Shown: piece by piece, positions 48,548-61,504 of the stretch
How positions within the stretch are numbered: position 1 is the stretch's first letter
How the letters are laid out: every line of letters begins with the position of its first letter
NCBI GenBank assembly: GCA_030141605.1
Contig: JAQGDQ010000543.1
Location: forward strand, 82,713 to 146,712
Length of the DNA: 64,000 bases
Source: Tubiluchus corallicola
Taxonomy: Eukaryota > Animalia > Priapulida
Direction of reading: 5' to 3'
Notes under the pieces: generated by a model
Told to the model about the DNA's origin: nothing
What the model saw: only the letters and a program-made list of their open reading frames with translations
The model's database searches: none
Made by a program: the position numbers and the translations under genes

Positions 48548-48688
48548 CTGAATCGCCACCACCATTAGACCAAGATAAGAATACGGAGGTTTAGGGTGTC
48601 GTTTGTAATTTAGCCTCTTCCGCACCTCTTTTGTGTGGGTCACCTCTCCAGGTTCTGCTTTAATTGCAGGTTGATTAACTGGCGCCAT
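48548..48688 (-). CDS. FOXH1: FoxH1-type forkhead transcription factor, first identified coding exon
   Basis: MAPVNQPAIKAEP...RLNYKRHPKPPYSYLGLMVVAIQ, donor CAG|gtacgt; acceptor tacacag 4 nt before the ATG, so an upstream exon exists. Absent from the ORF track. Confidence 0.85.
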
Positions 48689-48747
48689 CGAACTGTGTAA
48701 AATATAAAACATAGGCGGATAAAATGCGAGAAAAATTAAAATCTTGT

Positions 48748-49110
<363 letters not shown>

Positions 49111-49282
49111 AAGAAAAATGTGGATTGATTAATTTTAATTGTTTTGCAACAACCTACTTTCCAAATGTACCAATCTCGTTTTGCATTTCAGCAAAAAATG
49201 GACGCATATTAAAATAATGTTTAATAATTACTGTTCAAGCCGCATTTACGAAATTCAACGACCAACAATGCTAATTAATGAA

Positions 49283-49468
49283 TTAACCCTTTCGTACCCG
49301 TTGTATCCCGTGGGATACGAGAATATTTTCTGCCTTTAAAATTAATAAAATTTATTAAAGGTAGAAAAAAATAATTATTATGTGTAAACAAGATGGACAT
49401 ACTGAACAAAAGTACCAAGCCAAAATTTTTTTTCTTATTAAGAAATAATTTGGGACTGAAAGGGTTAA
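49283..49468. mobile_element. piggyBac-like MITE, short deletion derivative
   Basis: TTAACCCTTTCG...CTGAAAGGGTTAA; both ends match 10956-11396. Confidence 0.8.
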
Positions 49469-50137
49469 CTTATTATTTTTAATGGCTCTATAACAACTTA
49501 CTTTGCAAATCTGATGTCGTATCAGAACCAAAAAAAAACGAATAAAACTCTCTTCACTACCGGCACCTAAGCAATTTGCATCCTCAAATGAGCTTTACTC
49601 CAGTAATTCTAATCAACTCGAGACGTCACTCCTGTTCTGGGCTCTCGTATGACCAGTGTCCAGCAACAAGCCCTGCGTCCAGGAGCCCGGGGGTACAATA
49701 GGCAGCGTTGCATCTGTGTGTACGATGTTACGTCACAGCTCCCTGCAACATATGTATTATCCCCGTTTTCCCGTATCCACAAACCCCGCCTTGTGTGTTT
49801 TTAAAATTGGATAGCATTACGTAGCAATATGTGGTAATTGCTGGTGGAGTTTGCTCATTACTGCTGACAGGGGTCGCTGTTTGTACAGCAATTCAGAAAC
49901 ACTTGTTATTAGGGACATTAGTAGAATGAATGAACAACCGTGTTTTAGTTTATTAAACGGTTGATTGAGCGATTGGATATTCCTGGAAGCAGAGCTCACT
50001 TGTTATTGGTTTTAATTCTTTTGCAAATGTTTCATAATTACCAGATAATAATCTTAAAAATTCAAAGCTTATTCATTAGTTTATTCATTATGTATTAATT
50101 CTGTTATATATATATATAAACATATATAAGAGCGCAC

Positions 50138-50173
<36 letters not shown>

Positions 50174-50331
50174 TGTCTGTGTTTTCATGTACATTGAGCT
50201 TTAACATGTAGTGTATTTTTTTATATGTATTAGTGCACTCTTACCCTGCAGATGGAGTAATATAACTTTTTAAGACATTCTGTTATATATGTATGTAAAT
50301 ATGTATATATGTATATATATACAGGGCTTAT

Positions 50332-50943
50332 ACACCACTTACAGGGCTTGCGTCGGCAGTCACGAAGTATAAAACACACAAATTTAAACTCCCACGATGA
50401 CCGTTAGACGAAATCATTTTGAGGATTCATTTGAGACAAGTTTAGATGACATTTAGTAAAGTTTGAAAAAATAATCAGAGCATTCGTAGCGCACACGTCA
50501 CTAACTAAGCAAAATTTTAAATTACTGTATCTTGTTAATAAGATTAAAAATACATTTTTGGTAAGTGGGTGGTGCACCCTGGAGGGTGAGTCAGCGAAAT
50601 TTTACCAATTGGTGAAAACATTTTAAATAATTAATAATTTTCTTTTCTAGTTACATAAGTCTTTCCAGCAGGTAAGCGAAAATCTAAGTAATACAGATTT
50701 GCAGGGAAAGTTTTTTGGGACATAATTTAACATTGCCTTTTCTTCCCCTGATTTACGTTGTGCGTATATGACGTCATGTAATGGCGACTTCGGAACAGCG
50801 CTGTGAGAGATTTAAAATGAAAACAAACAAAAAATCCTTTCAATGTGAGTAAGATATACGCATAAAATTGCTGTAAAGTCATATAATTTTCTAAGACGAT
50901 TTTTCTGAAGCCTACTTCAGGTACCCATTTTCTTGTCCTTTAA
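50332..50943. mobile_element. MITE family A copy (5' truncated)
   Basis: Shared core CACCCTGGAGGGTGAGTCAGCG; ends TTTTCTTGTCCTTTAA. Confidence 0.78.
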
Positions 50944-51011
50944 ACATAATTTATTATAGGATTGGATGAGACAGTTTGAACAACATGATTTAGGATCCTC
51001 AATCATCTACA

Positions 51012-51198
<187 letters not shown>

Positions 51199-52555
51199 GT
51201 AGAAAATGACGGTTAGAAAGTATTAATGTACGATTATTTAAGAATGATGCTAAGATGTTAAAAGCTCTTTGAAACGTGGTCCTATACTCCATTCCTCTGT
51301 GCAACATAATATGCTCTTTCCATCGCGGGAAGCCATCCTATATACTCTTTCCACCCTGGGAAGCCATCCTATATATATAATAACATTGTCCAGAAACAGA
51401 AGGCCTGCTTGTATGTAAACATCAGTGGGCGAGGCCCAGCCGAGGAAGTGGAGACGTAAATATCAACTCGTTTACTAGGGCAGGAGAGTGAGAGCTTCAC
51501 GTGGGGGGGGGGGGTTACGTAACTGGGATACGTAACGTAACTTACGTTATGTAACTTAGGATAAAATATCTTTAGCGAAAGTGCAGTACAAACAACACCC
51601 TCCACTACAACATGTAGTTGCCACATTAATAGATAAAGTAAAACCGGATGATTGTGTAAACACGAGTTCAGAATAAAGAATGCTCTAAAATATTGAAAGC
51701 TACAATAGCTTTTTTTAAATCAAAGCTTAGATTAAATAATAATTACCTCGGATATTCAAATTTTGTTAAACTTTCAAAGCTATGCGCGGCTCAGTGAATC
51801 TACTAAGATTGGCAGCGGCGCCTTTTTGTCACATTCGCGTGGCCGACAAATAGAAAGTGGTACCGTGATAACCATGATCATGAATGCCAGTGTTAGTTTC
51901 TGACATCATATGAAATAGAGCCCATTTTCGTGACATCGTGCGTTTAAACAGTGCAGTAACGCTTACGCAAACATGCTTGACGCGCAAAGGAAGATGCCTA
52001 CCATTGCACAAACTGTGGTTAGTTTCTGACGTAAGCAATAGCTGTTTTCGGTTACCGTTAATTAACCTTCTAAGCTAGTTATTCAAATATAAGAAACAAT
52101 TGTTAACTTTTATAAGCACGAAAATGTATATTTTGGACAGTAAATTAAAATGAGATTGAGTCTGAGCAGTTGTCCGTTTTTGCTGACGTCACAATAATAA
52201 AAATACGTAGAAGGCGCCAGTTTAAAGATCATCACTTTTTAAACTTTGCCTGTATGGCCGTTAGGAGGATGCTAACAGCAGAATACGTGCAATTCATTGT
52301 ACAGTGGAACTTCCTTACTTTGTGAGGTTGCTATACCTAATTTATGCCTTGTTTATTAATACCAGGTACGTTTAATAATCAGTATTTTTCGATTTAAATA
52401 GTTGTGTTGTGTAATGTTACATTTTTACTAAAATAGATGGCGCTACTGTCATCCTAATGAACCACACAGGAGGAATTTAACAGCAGAACTTAAAGAGGAT
52501 ATGCAAACCAGACAAGGAAGTTTCTATTTAAGTGTAACATATCTACATATATTTG

Positions 52556-52890
<335 letters not shown>

Positions 52891-53119
52891 CTTCATCTCA
52901 TTCATACTAGGTGGGACAGTCTTTATTTAATGAGACAAGATTAGTCCTTAAAGTTTACAGTAAGCTTTTCGAAGAAATTACTGGAGTAAAAAGAGATGAT
53001 TTGGAAAGTAGCGCCCTCTGTGCAATACAGTCCGGGGCAATATCACAAGTAACTACAGCTACTGTGAAAGTTTAAATCATTCTTTTCTTTTTCTCTGCAT
53101 AGGCAACTGGAGACCTATA

Positions 53120-53510
53120 GACAGCGTAAACATGAACGCCTCCTAGCAACAGCGTAAACACGAGCGCCACCTAGCAACAGCGTAAACACGAGCGCCTCCT
53201 AGCAACTGCATTAACACGAGCGCCTCCTAGCAACAGCATAAACACGAGCGCCACCTAGCAACAGCGTAAACACGAGCGCCTCCTAGCAACTGCATTAACA
53301 CGAGCGCCTCCTAGCAACAGCGTAAACACGAGCGCCTCCTAGCAACAGCGTAAACACGAGCGCCTCCTAGCAACAGCATAAACACGAGCGCCTCCTAGCA
53401 ACAGCGTAAACACGAGCGCCTCCTAGCAACAGCGTAAACACGAGCGCCACCTAGCAACAGCGTAAACACGAGCGCCTCCTAGCAACAACGTAAACACGAG
53501 CGCCTCCTAG
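53120..53510. repeat. 28-bp minisatellite, about 14 copies
   Basis: CAGCGTAAACACGAGCGCC(T/A)CCTAGCAA unit. Confidence 0.92.
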
Positions 53511-53732
53511 CTTCGAAAACGGTCAACCGGACAGAAGAAATTGCTATTTCCAGCGGTTTCTCGATCTTCACCCGCTGAAACGTGGACCTCTCTTACTGGC
53601 CGAGTGCAGAAACTAGGCCGCGGTCAGGAGCACGTGTCCATTAACCAATCCCCCCTCTGCGTGGAGAAATTCTCGGAAGAGGAGGATAAATTATCACAAG
53701 AACGAAGTTTGTTTGAAAGGAAGCCACCTCGG
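53511..53732 (+). CDS. Candidate internal exon, product unknown (possibly of the RING gene)
   Basis: Non-repetitive, GC-richer open frame LRKRSTGQKKLLFPAV...ERKPPR between cctag and G|gtatta; no recognisable domain. Confidence 0.25.
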
Positions 53733-53737
53733 GGTAT

Positions 53738-54008
53738 TAGCTGGTCTAGACAGCAAGAATTGTTTCCTGACTTGTTTTCTAGCTTAGAAAGTAGGTATAG
53801 TTGGTCTAGACAGCAAGAATTGTTTCCTGACTTGTTTTCTAGCTTAGAGAGTAGGTATAGTTGGTCTAGACAGCAAGAATTGTTTCCTGACTTGTTTTCT
53901 AGCTTAGAGAGTAGGCATAGCTGGTCTAGACAGCAAGAATTGTTTCCTGACTTGTTTTCTAGCTTAGAGAGTAGGTATAGTTGGTCTAGACAGCAAGAAT
54001 TGTTTCCT
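53738..54008. repeat. 60-bp tandem repeat x4.5
   Basis: TGGTCTAGACAGCAAGAATTGTTTCCTGACTTGTTTTCTAGCTTAGAGAGTAGG unit. Confidence 0.9.
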
Positions 54009-54035
54009 AGTAATGTTTATTAGTTTTATTATTTA

Positions 54036-54422
54036 TTATTATTATTATCACATTCAGTACAATATAATGACATTAAGCACACAATGACATCAAAATTATT
54101 ACATCTACTGTATTAAATTATTATGTTTCATACGCTATCGTTATCATAAAAGAATAATTGTACTGCAGTGGGCTAGAGAAGCAAAGGCTTGTATAAGCCC
54201 ACTGTCATGTGAACTTGATAAAAAAAAGAATGGATGGATGAACAAAAAAAAAGAACTGGGAGAAAGGTTAGATCACACAGTAAGGGTAGAAGGATGTGTT
54301 AGTGGAAATGATAGGAAGAAAGATAGTAGATTGTGCTATGTTGACATCAGCTCTAAAGATTTATCAATGATGTCTTGTTTTGCATAATCTGTACCAGGAT
54401 TGTGGTATGACTGCTGCAGTAG
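54036..54422 (-). mobile_element. LINE 3' fragment, same family as 58370-58760
   Basis: Reverse complement of 58370-58760 with scattered substitutions. Confidence 0.65.
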
Positions 54423-54566
54423 GTGTGGGAAATTAGGAAGTGTTGTACTTGTCCTAGCTTAGAGAGTAGGCAAAATAGGCATACGTAAGTCGATGATGAT
54501 AAAAACACTATTGAATAGAATTGATGACATTGCAAATGTGTTGGTTATAAAGCATACGAAGTACCA

Positions 54567-54624
54567 TCATCATGCAATGAATCACACGTCCAGTGACATG
54601 ATTCTGCTCACCTCCCTATGCCAG

Positions 54625-54672
<48 letters not shown>

Positions 54673-54731
54673 GTCATCCAATGACTCATACGTCCAGTGA
54701 CATGATTCTGCTCACCTCCCTATGCCAGATT

Positions 54732-54819
<88 letters not shown>

Positions 54820-55137
54820 CCATCCAATGAATCACACGTCCAGGGACATGATTCTGCTCACCTCCCTATGCCAGGACTCCCTACACGCCGCAATGCCCCA
54901 AGTGGATTTATTTCTAAGGATCAATGCTGAAGTGTTTAAATCTTTCTGTGCAAAATCTAAGTATGTTAACATTTGTCCTCCTGCAGGTTTTTTAGCAGGT
55001 TCTATGGCTTGTTGAAGAGCTGTCTTCACTGGAATATCATCAGGTAGTCTAACCATACGCCCAATCCATCTTAAACGGCGTCTTTTTATTTTTCTTGTCC
55101 AAGGTTCTTCATTTATTTTTTCGTATAGATCTTTGTT
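54567..55137 (-). mobile_element. 5'-truncated RTE-clade LINE with (GAT)n tail and 13-bp TSD
   Basis: ORF2 C-terminus IKRRRLRWIGRMVRLPDDIPVKTAL...ESWHREV; target-site duplication ATACGAAGTACCA at 54554-54566 and 55138-55150. Confidence 0.85.
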
Positions 55138-57340
55138 ATACGAAGTACCAGTACGCTAGGGAACGCTGTAATGTTCACGTTGCTACACTGGATGAAGCCA
55201 CCGCCACCTGGTGGCCGAAGTATCAGTTTTGTTTACTGCTGGGAAACCAGACTCTTCAGTGAAGTCTTAAGATTCAGTCCACTAGAACTAAAACTTCAGT
55301 GCACTATTTCTCTCAAAAAGGTCAAACGTTCAAAGGTCAAAGGTCAACCAAACACTAATATTCAGAATTTCTCAAAGCAGGGAGCAAAAATAGTTCATTT
55401 ATGAACGAGGATAACGGTTCATTTTTTCATTGTTTATTTACTTGTTTATTTACTTGTTTATTTACTTATTTATTTACTTGTTTATTTACTTGTTTATTTA
55501 CTTGTTTATTTACTTGTTTATTTACTTGTTTATTTACTTGTTTATTTACGCATGTAATTGAGTTTAGCGTAGTCAGTGTAGTTCAAGCGCAAAATTCGAA
55601 ACTATAAAAAAAGGAATGATTTACATTTTCATACAAAAATGTACGACTAAATGTGCGCATAATGCGTGATCCGCAACGCGTGATGCGTATTCAGAGGATA
55701 GCCATCACGTTCGAATGAATACGCATCACGCGTTACGGATTACGCATTATGTACACATGAAAACACTTCCACGCGTTTAAATATAAACTATTTATACAAA
55801 ATTATATATATATACAAAATTATTATATATACAAAATTCGAAACTATAAAAAAGGAATGATTTACATTTTTATACAAAAATGTACGACTAAATGTGCGCG
55901 TAATGCGTGATCTGCAACGCGTGATGCGTATTCAGAGGATAGCCATCACGTTCGAGTGAATACGCATCACGCGTTACGGATTACGCATTATGTACGCATG
56001 GAAACACTTCCAAGCGTTTAAATATAAACTGTTTTATACGCATCACGCATTACGCATTACGCATTACGCGTACATGGCGTCGTACATATAGTATGGAGCA
56101 TTGAAAGAATATAATCAGAGGAAGACCGGACCCAATCTTAAACTGCAGGTCAAAACAATCTACTCTTTAAAATATTAAAAGGAAACATACTATTTTTTCA
56201 AGAATGACTTACTTGAAAGAATTATTACCACACAAACACAATTTCGCGTTCGCGCCACTAGTTCTTCGCTGTCACATGTATTTTGCCAACCCCTAGTTAG
56301 ACAGGCACCAGCGCCTGCGTCTTGGAAACGCGTTGTACAAAAAACAGGGTGCCGTACTGCTCAGGTGAGAAGTGTTCGTTCGGTTGTGACGTAGTACACA
56401 CGTCCGAGAGCTCATGCCTGGACACAGCGGTAAACTTGAAATTTGCATTTTAAATTTTAAATATACCGAGTTTTTGTATACACACAAAGTATAGTACAGT
56501 AGTGCGTCACGTTTTTGGAATGTTTGTGACGTTTATGGAATGTTTGTGGTATTGTAAATTGCGTCATTCATGATGTCATCACTAGTTGGGCTTGACCGCC
56601 ATTAATTAAGTTTTTAAGCTATTAAGTAATTATCAGAAACACTTTTGCAGTATTAATTATGTTAAAATATATTGTACTGTACTTTTTACTGTATTTCAAA
56701 ATGGGGTAGGGTATGAAAAATCATGTTTCTAATTTAATTCAGGAAAAATTCTGTTTTCCTTTAAATTATGAGGATCATTGGACCAATAACCTCAAAACAC
56801 ATCTTATTCTCTCAGTTTCTTCGAAAGTGCTGAAAACAAACAAAAACGTAAAAATATAGTTAGTTTGTGACGTACGACGTCTACTAGTAGTGAAGTTATA
56901 TCGGCGATTCGTTACTATGACTATCAGTTTCATTTGTCCCGCAGTTCTAAAAGGGAGACTTGCACGGTGATATATATATCATACTCGCGATAACAATTAG
57001 CAACTTCCATATATGTAATAAAAATATTATATATTGTAATAAAATATTTACGAATTACCATTGTAATAAAAATATAAAAGAAATAAGTGTATAGTAATGT
57101 TTTGTTTATATATGTAAATTGAGCCTATTATACATAAATTTAACAATGACCGTGATTCCTCAAAAATTGTGCACTCTCCTCTAACACACCACAATCAATT
57201 GTGGCATGAAAATATTAAAAAACTCAAACGCCTTGAGCACTGGAAAAGAAAAAATTTGAGAAGAAATCAAAAGCGATTGTATGAACTGTTTCCCGCTGAA
57301 AAGAATTACGAAACAGTAATATATTTCGTAGCATCTTCAA

Positions 57341-57722
57341 CAAGCCTTTTCACAGTTCCGGCGATTGATGATGATCGTGAAAAGGTCAAAGGTTAAGTGA
57401 ACCAGACAACGTATTTGTATACACTTGACAACGCCTCGCAGCCCATGCTATTGTAATAGTAACAGTTTTAACAGCTAGCTAGAACCTTACCTAGTTCATT
57501 TTTACTTGTTTCCAAGCAAGATTCTGATAGTAAATCACTCTAGGCACAGAGTAATGCATAATTAAGTAAAGTCCGCGTTTAAAAACTGAAGTTACTGAAC
57601 TGATCCGGTAAATGGCTTTGCTTTACCCACATCTCATGTGACGGTTGCAGTTAAGACGCCTTGCTGTGGGGTATAGTTAACCTTTGACCTACAGCAACTG
57701 CGCGTGTGCACAACGAAGCTGT
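57341..57722. mobile_element. MITE family C with terminal AAGCCTTTTCACAG and subterminal AGGTCAAAGGTTAA inverted repeats
   Basis: Copies or fragments at 7505-8178, 13390-13540, 14090-14165, 14630-14952, 26340-26690 and 28741-29120. Confidence 0.7.
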
Positions 57723-57829
57723 AACATACTTCATTACATACTTTGTGTTTTAACTTAAGTGCTGTTGTGAAATTTTATGCTTTTTCCTAGGATATTTCCC
57801 GAAGATTAACGTGCAGAGATGTGACTGTA

Positions 57830-58848
57830 TTAAAGGAAGACAGGGTGATTTTTCATATACTACCCCATTTTCAAGTCAGATGAAAAGTATACATTTAAAC
57901 AAAATTAATACTACAAAAGCGTTTCTTACAATTAAATAATAGTTTAAAAACTTAATTAACGGCGGGCAAGTCCAACTATTGATGACATCACAAACTAACA
58001 TAATTTTCAACATCAAAAATATTCCATGAGCGTGTTGCACGTGTTTGTGAAAGAGAAAATTGAAGTACAGTGCTACAGTAAGATATTCAGTGTGTTGACT
58101 AAAACTATGCAAATATTGAGATAAAAATTCAAATTTTAAATTAACCCACTCATTGTGCTCACGCATGAGCAGTCGAACGTGTGCAGCTCGTCACAAATTA
58201 ACTTTTCTCAACTGAGAAGTACAGCACCTGTTTTCATGCAACGCTTTATGAAATGCAGGTGCTAGTGCCCGTCTAACTAACGAATGGCAAAATGCATGTG
58301 ACAGCGAGGAACTAGTGGCGCGAACGTGAAGTTGTGTTTGTGTGGTAATAATTCTTTCACGTAAGTCACTACTGCAGCAGTCATACCACAATCCTGGTAC
58401 AGATTATGCAAAACAAGGCATCATTGATAAATCTTTAGAGCTGATGTCAACATAGCACAATCTATTATTTTTTTCTTACCATTTCCACTAACACATCCTT
58501 CTACCCTTCCTGTGTGATCTAACCTTTCTCCCAGTTCTTTTTTTGTTCACTCATCCATTCTTTTTTTATCGGGTTAACATGACAGTGGGCTTATACAAGC
58601 CTTTGCTTCTCTAGCCCACTGCAGTACAATTATTCTTTTATGATAACGATAGTGTATGAAACATAACAATTTAATACAGTATGAAGTGATAATTTTGATG
58701 TCACTGTGTGCTTAATGTCATCATGTTGTACTGAATGTGATAATAATAATAATAAAATAAATAAAAAAATAAAAAATAAAAAACTTTTGAAAAAATAGTA
58801 CGTTTCCTTTCAATATTTTAAAGAGTAGATTGTTTTGACCTGCAGTTT
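57830..58848. mobile_element. MITE family B (TTAAAGGAA terminus, Kolobok-like) carrying a nested LINE fragment
   Basis: Related copies at 18970-19503, 19660-19892, 47905-48040, and inverted at 56112-56764 and 63478-64000; shared AAGAGTAGATTGTTTTGACCTGCAG block. Confidence 0.72.
58370..58760 (+). mobile_element. LINE 3' fragment (CR1/L2-like) nested in a family B MITE
   Basis: 3' stem-loop GTGGGCT...AGCCCAC and (AAT)n tail; interrupts the MITE at cacgtaagt; similar inverted copy at 54036-54422. Confidence 0.65.
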
Positions 58849-59245
58849 CAATGGAGATTCTGAACCGGAGGAAAATGAGGGACCTTCCGCACCTCTTCCA
58901 AGTCCTCAAACGCCTCCTACTTTAAGGAGGAGAACTGCGCCTGGCATTAATCGATCTTCCAGTGAGCACAGTATTTATCGGAGGGTGAATCCATCTGTCG
59001 CACAATCGCACGAAGATGACAGTACCGATGACGACAACTCTGCATCTTTGTACCCGTCCCTTGAGAGACTTCAACGAGAGGAAAGACATGAATGCGTCGT
59101 GTGCCAGGATAAAGAAAAGAACACGTTACTAATTCCATGCAGACATCTGTGCTTGTGTGAACTATGCGCTACGCACATCCTCAATAGAAGGGAATGTCCC
59201 ATATGTCGGAATTACGTACGAGAAATTGTTCATGTCTATCTGTGA
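58846..59245 (+). CDS. Terminal exon of a C-terminal RING-HC (C3HC4) E3 ligase, RNF26-like
   Basis: CVVCQDKEKNTLLIPCRHLCLCELCATHILNRRECPICRNYVREIVHVYL* has RING-HC spacing and an RNF26-like PCRHLCLC...VYL end. Exon start is uncertain (AG at 58828 or 58845). Confidence 0.8.
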
Positions 59246-60829
59246 TACTTGTGGGTAGTACGGTCAATTCTCTTTATACCACCTCTATTTGGGACTGCAA
59301 AAAGGTTGCCGTTAAGCGAGTTTCACACTATAACAACGTGCATTAACACGTCAATGCAAATATAGAAATTTTGTATTGCCAAAAATTTTGGCATTAAGGG
59401 AGGTTAACATTATGAAGGGGAGTGTTATAGCGAGGTTTGACTAGAGATAGTATTTCCTGCAGTGCATTTCTTAAATAAATAATCTGGCAAAACTGTAAAT
59501 TTGAAAATGCCAACACATTATTTACTTGTTTATAAAAATACTGTTAGATCTTGGGTTTATATTTTCTGCGACAGATTCATCTGGTAAAAAGAATAAATTC
59601 CATTTTTTATTTATCGCATTACCATTTCTTTAAATGAGTTCAAGTTCAAAATGTTCATGTTCAAAATGTTCATGTTCATGACAGACAAGACTAAACATTG
59701 ATAGCTTGTAATTTAGTTTAAACTAGGCAGCATGACATTTGATAGGAATTAAACAAATTTTAATATATTAATACTTGAGACGTAAAAGATTTTCATAAGT
59801 TTGACAAGTATTGCTTAATAGCATTATTAACCCAAAGTGTTTTTATCATTTCATAACAATTTTGACCTGTATTTCACATAAAATCTAAATGCTATTTTTA
59901 GTTTAATCAAGATTGACCTTATTTTGTTGCCCGCTAATTAAACTACATGTATTTTCTTTTCTCTGGATTATATAGAAAATGTCATAATTTTAAAAATTAC
60001 TAATGTTTCCTAAATTAAACTGATAACATTAATACCCACCAGTGTCTAAAATCATTTTATCTATATTCGGTAAAGGATAGCAGACTAGGTGACTTTATAG
60101 TCTTTTCGCTATCCTTTCTCTAGTTCTAGATCTATCTATTCATTTTAACCGTTCTTCAAAACTTATTAGAGATTCTTTTATTAATCATGTTTTATTGTAG
60201 CATTATAAAGAAATAAATAAAGTAAAATTGAATTGAGTTGAATTGAATTGAATTGTCTTTTCGCTATCCTTTCTCTCTAGTTCTAGATCTATCTATTCAT
60301 TTTAACCATTCTTCAAAACTTATTAGCGCTTCTTTTATTAATCACGTTTTATTGTAGTATTATAAAGAAATAAATAAATTAAAACTGAATTGAATTTGAA
60401 ATTTATTTGTAAACAGCGTAGACCTAAAATATTTGCTGCTTCTTTCTACAAATGTATATTCAAAATGGCCGCCCGCAAGCAGACAGTTACGCAGCTCACA
60501 ACTTACGATGATACAATGTTTATTTGCATTAAAAATAACCTCGCATTCGAATCAATCATCATAGCAAGGTTATCCCACCCACTCCAGGCGCACGTAATAG
60601 ATCGCGAAGATAAGTTTTTTCTTTCGTATAAACAGCGCTGGCATTGTGCCAGTTGTGGATGTCAAAAAACACCAAAACGTTACGAAGTTTAGTAGTAAAA
60701 GTATCACATTTGTGTGATATAGTAACCGAGTTACTTGATAATCATAGAAATTGTACAGTCAGTTACTGAATTCAGAGGTAGCAAACAGTGCAACCTTGGT
60801 ACAGCTAGGACCAAAACGAATAATTGACT

Positions 60830-61275
60830 TACTAAGCTAACTAACTAGCTAGTTAACTAAGTAACTAACTATCCGGCTAGTTAACTAAGTAACTAACTGT
60901 CTAGCTAGTTAACTAAGTAAATAACTATCCGGCTAGTTAACTAAGTAACTAACTGTCCGGCTAGTTAACTAAGTAACTAACTATCCGGCTAGTTAACTAA
61001 GTAACTAACTGTCTAGCTAGTTAACTAAGTAAATAACTATCTAGCAAGTTAACTAAGTAACTAACTATCTAATGAAGAAAGCAACTAGCTAACTATCTAA
61101 TTAATTAACTAATTAAACTGTTAACTAACTAACTAACTTAGTAAGTAACTAACTTGCTAACTAACTAACTAACCAATTAACTAGCTAGCTAGCTAACTAA
61201 GTAGCTGGGTTATTTTTTACTTACTTGCTTACTTGCTTGCTTACTTACTTGCTTGCTTGCTTGCTTGCTTACTTG

Positions 61276-61343
<68 letters not shown>

Positions 61344-61432
61344 TTTACTTACTTACTTATTTACTTACTTACTTACTTATTAACTAACTTGCTTACTCAC
61401 TCATTCACTCACTCACTCACTCACTTACTAAC
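60830..61432. repeat. (AACT)-based 28-bp minisatellite followed by (TTAC)n
   Basis: GCTAGTTAACTAAGTAACTAACTATCCG units, then ACTT repeats. Confidence 0.88.
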
Positions 61433-61504
61433 TCAGTTACAAAGGCTTTAAAAAGTTTTTGCTAATCATTTTATGTATGCTAATGACGTTTGCCTACTGT
61501 TTAG

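Noticed and set aside
55187-55227. Hammerhead-like hairpin around GCCACC/GGTGGC
   Set aside because: Core nucleotides non-canonical; better explained as a palindromic CTCF-like site.
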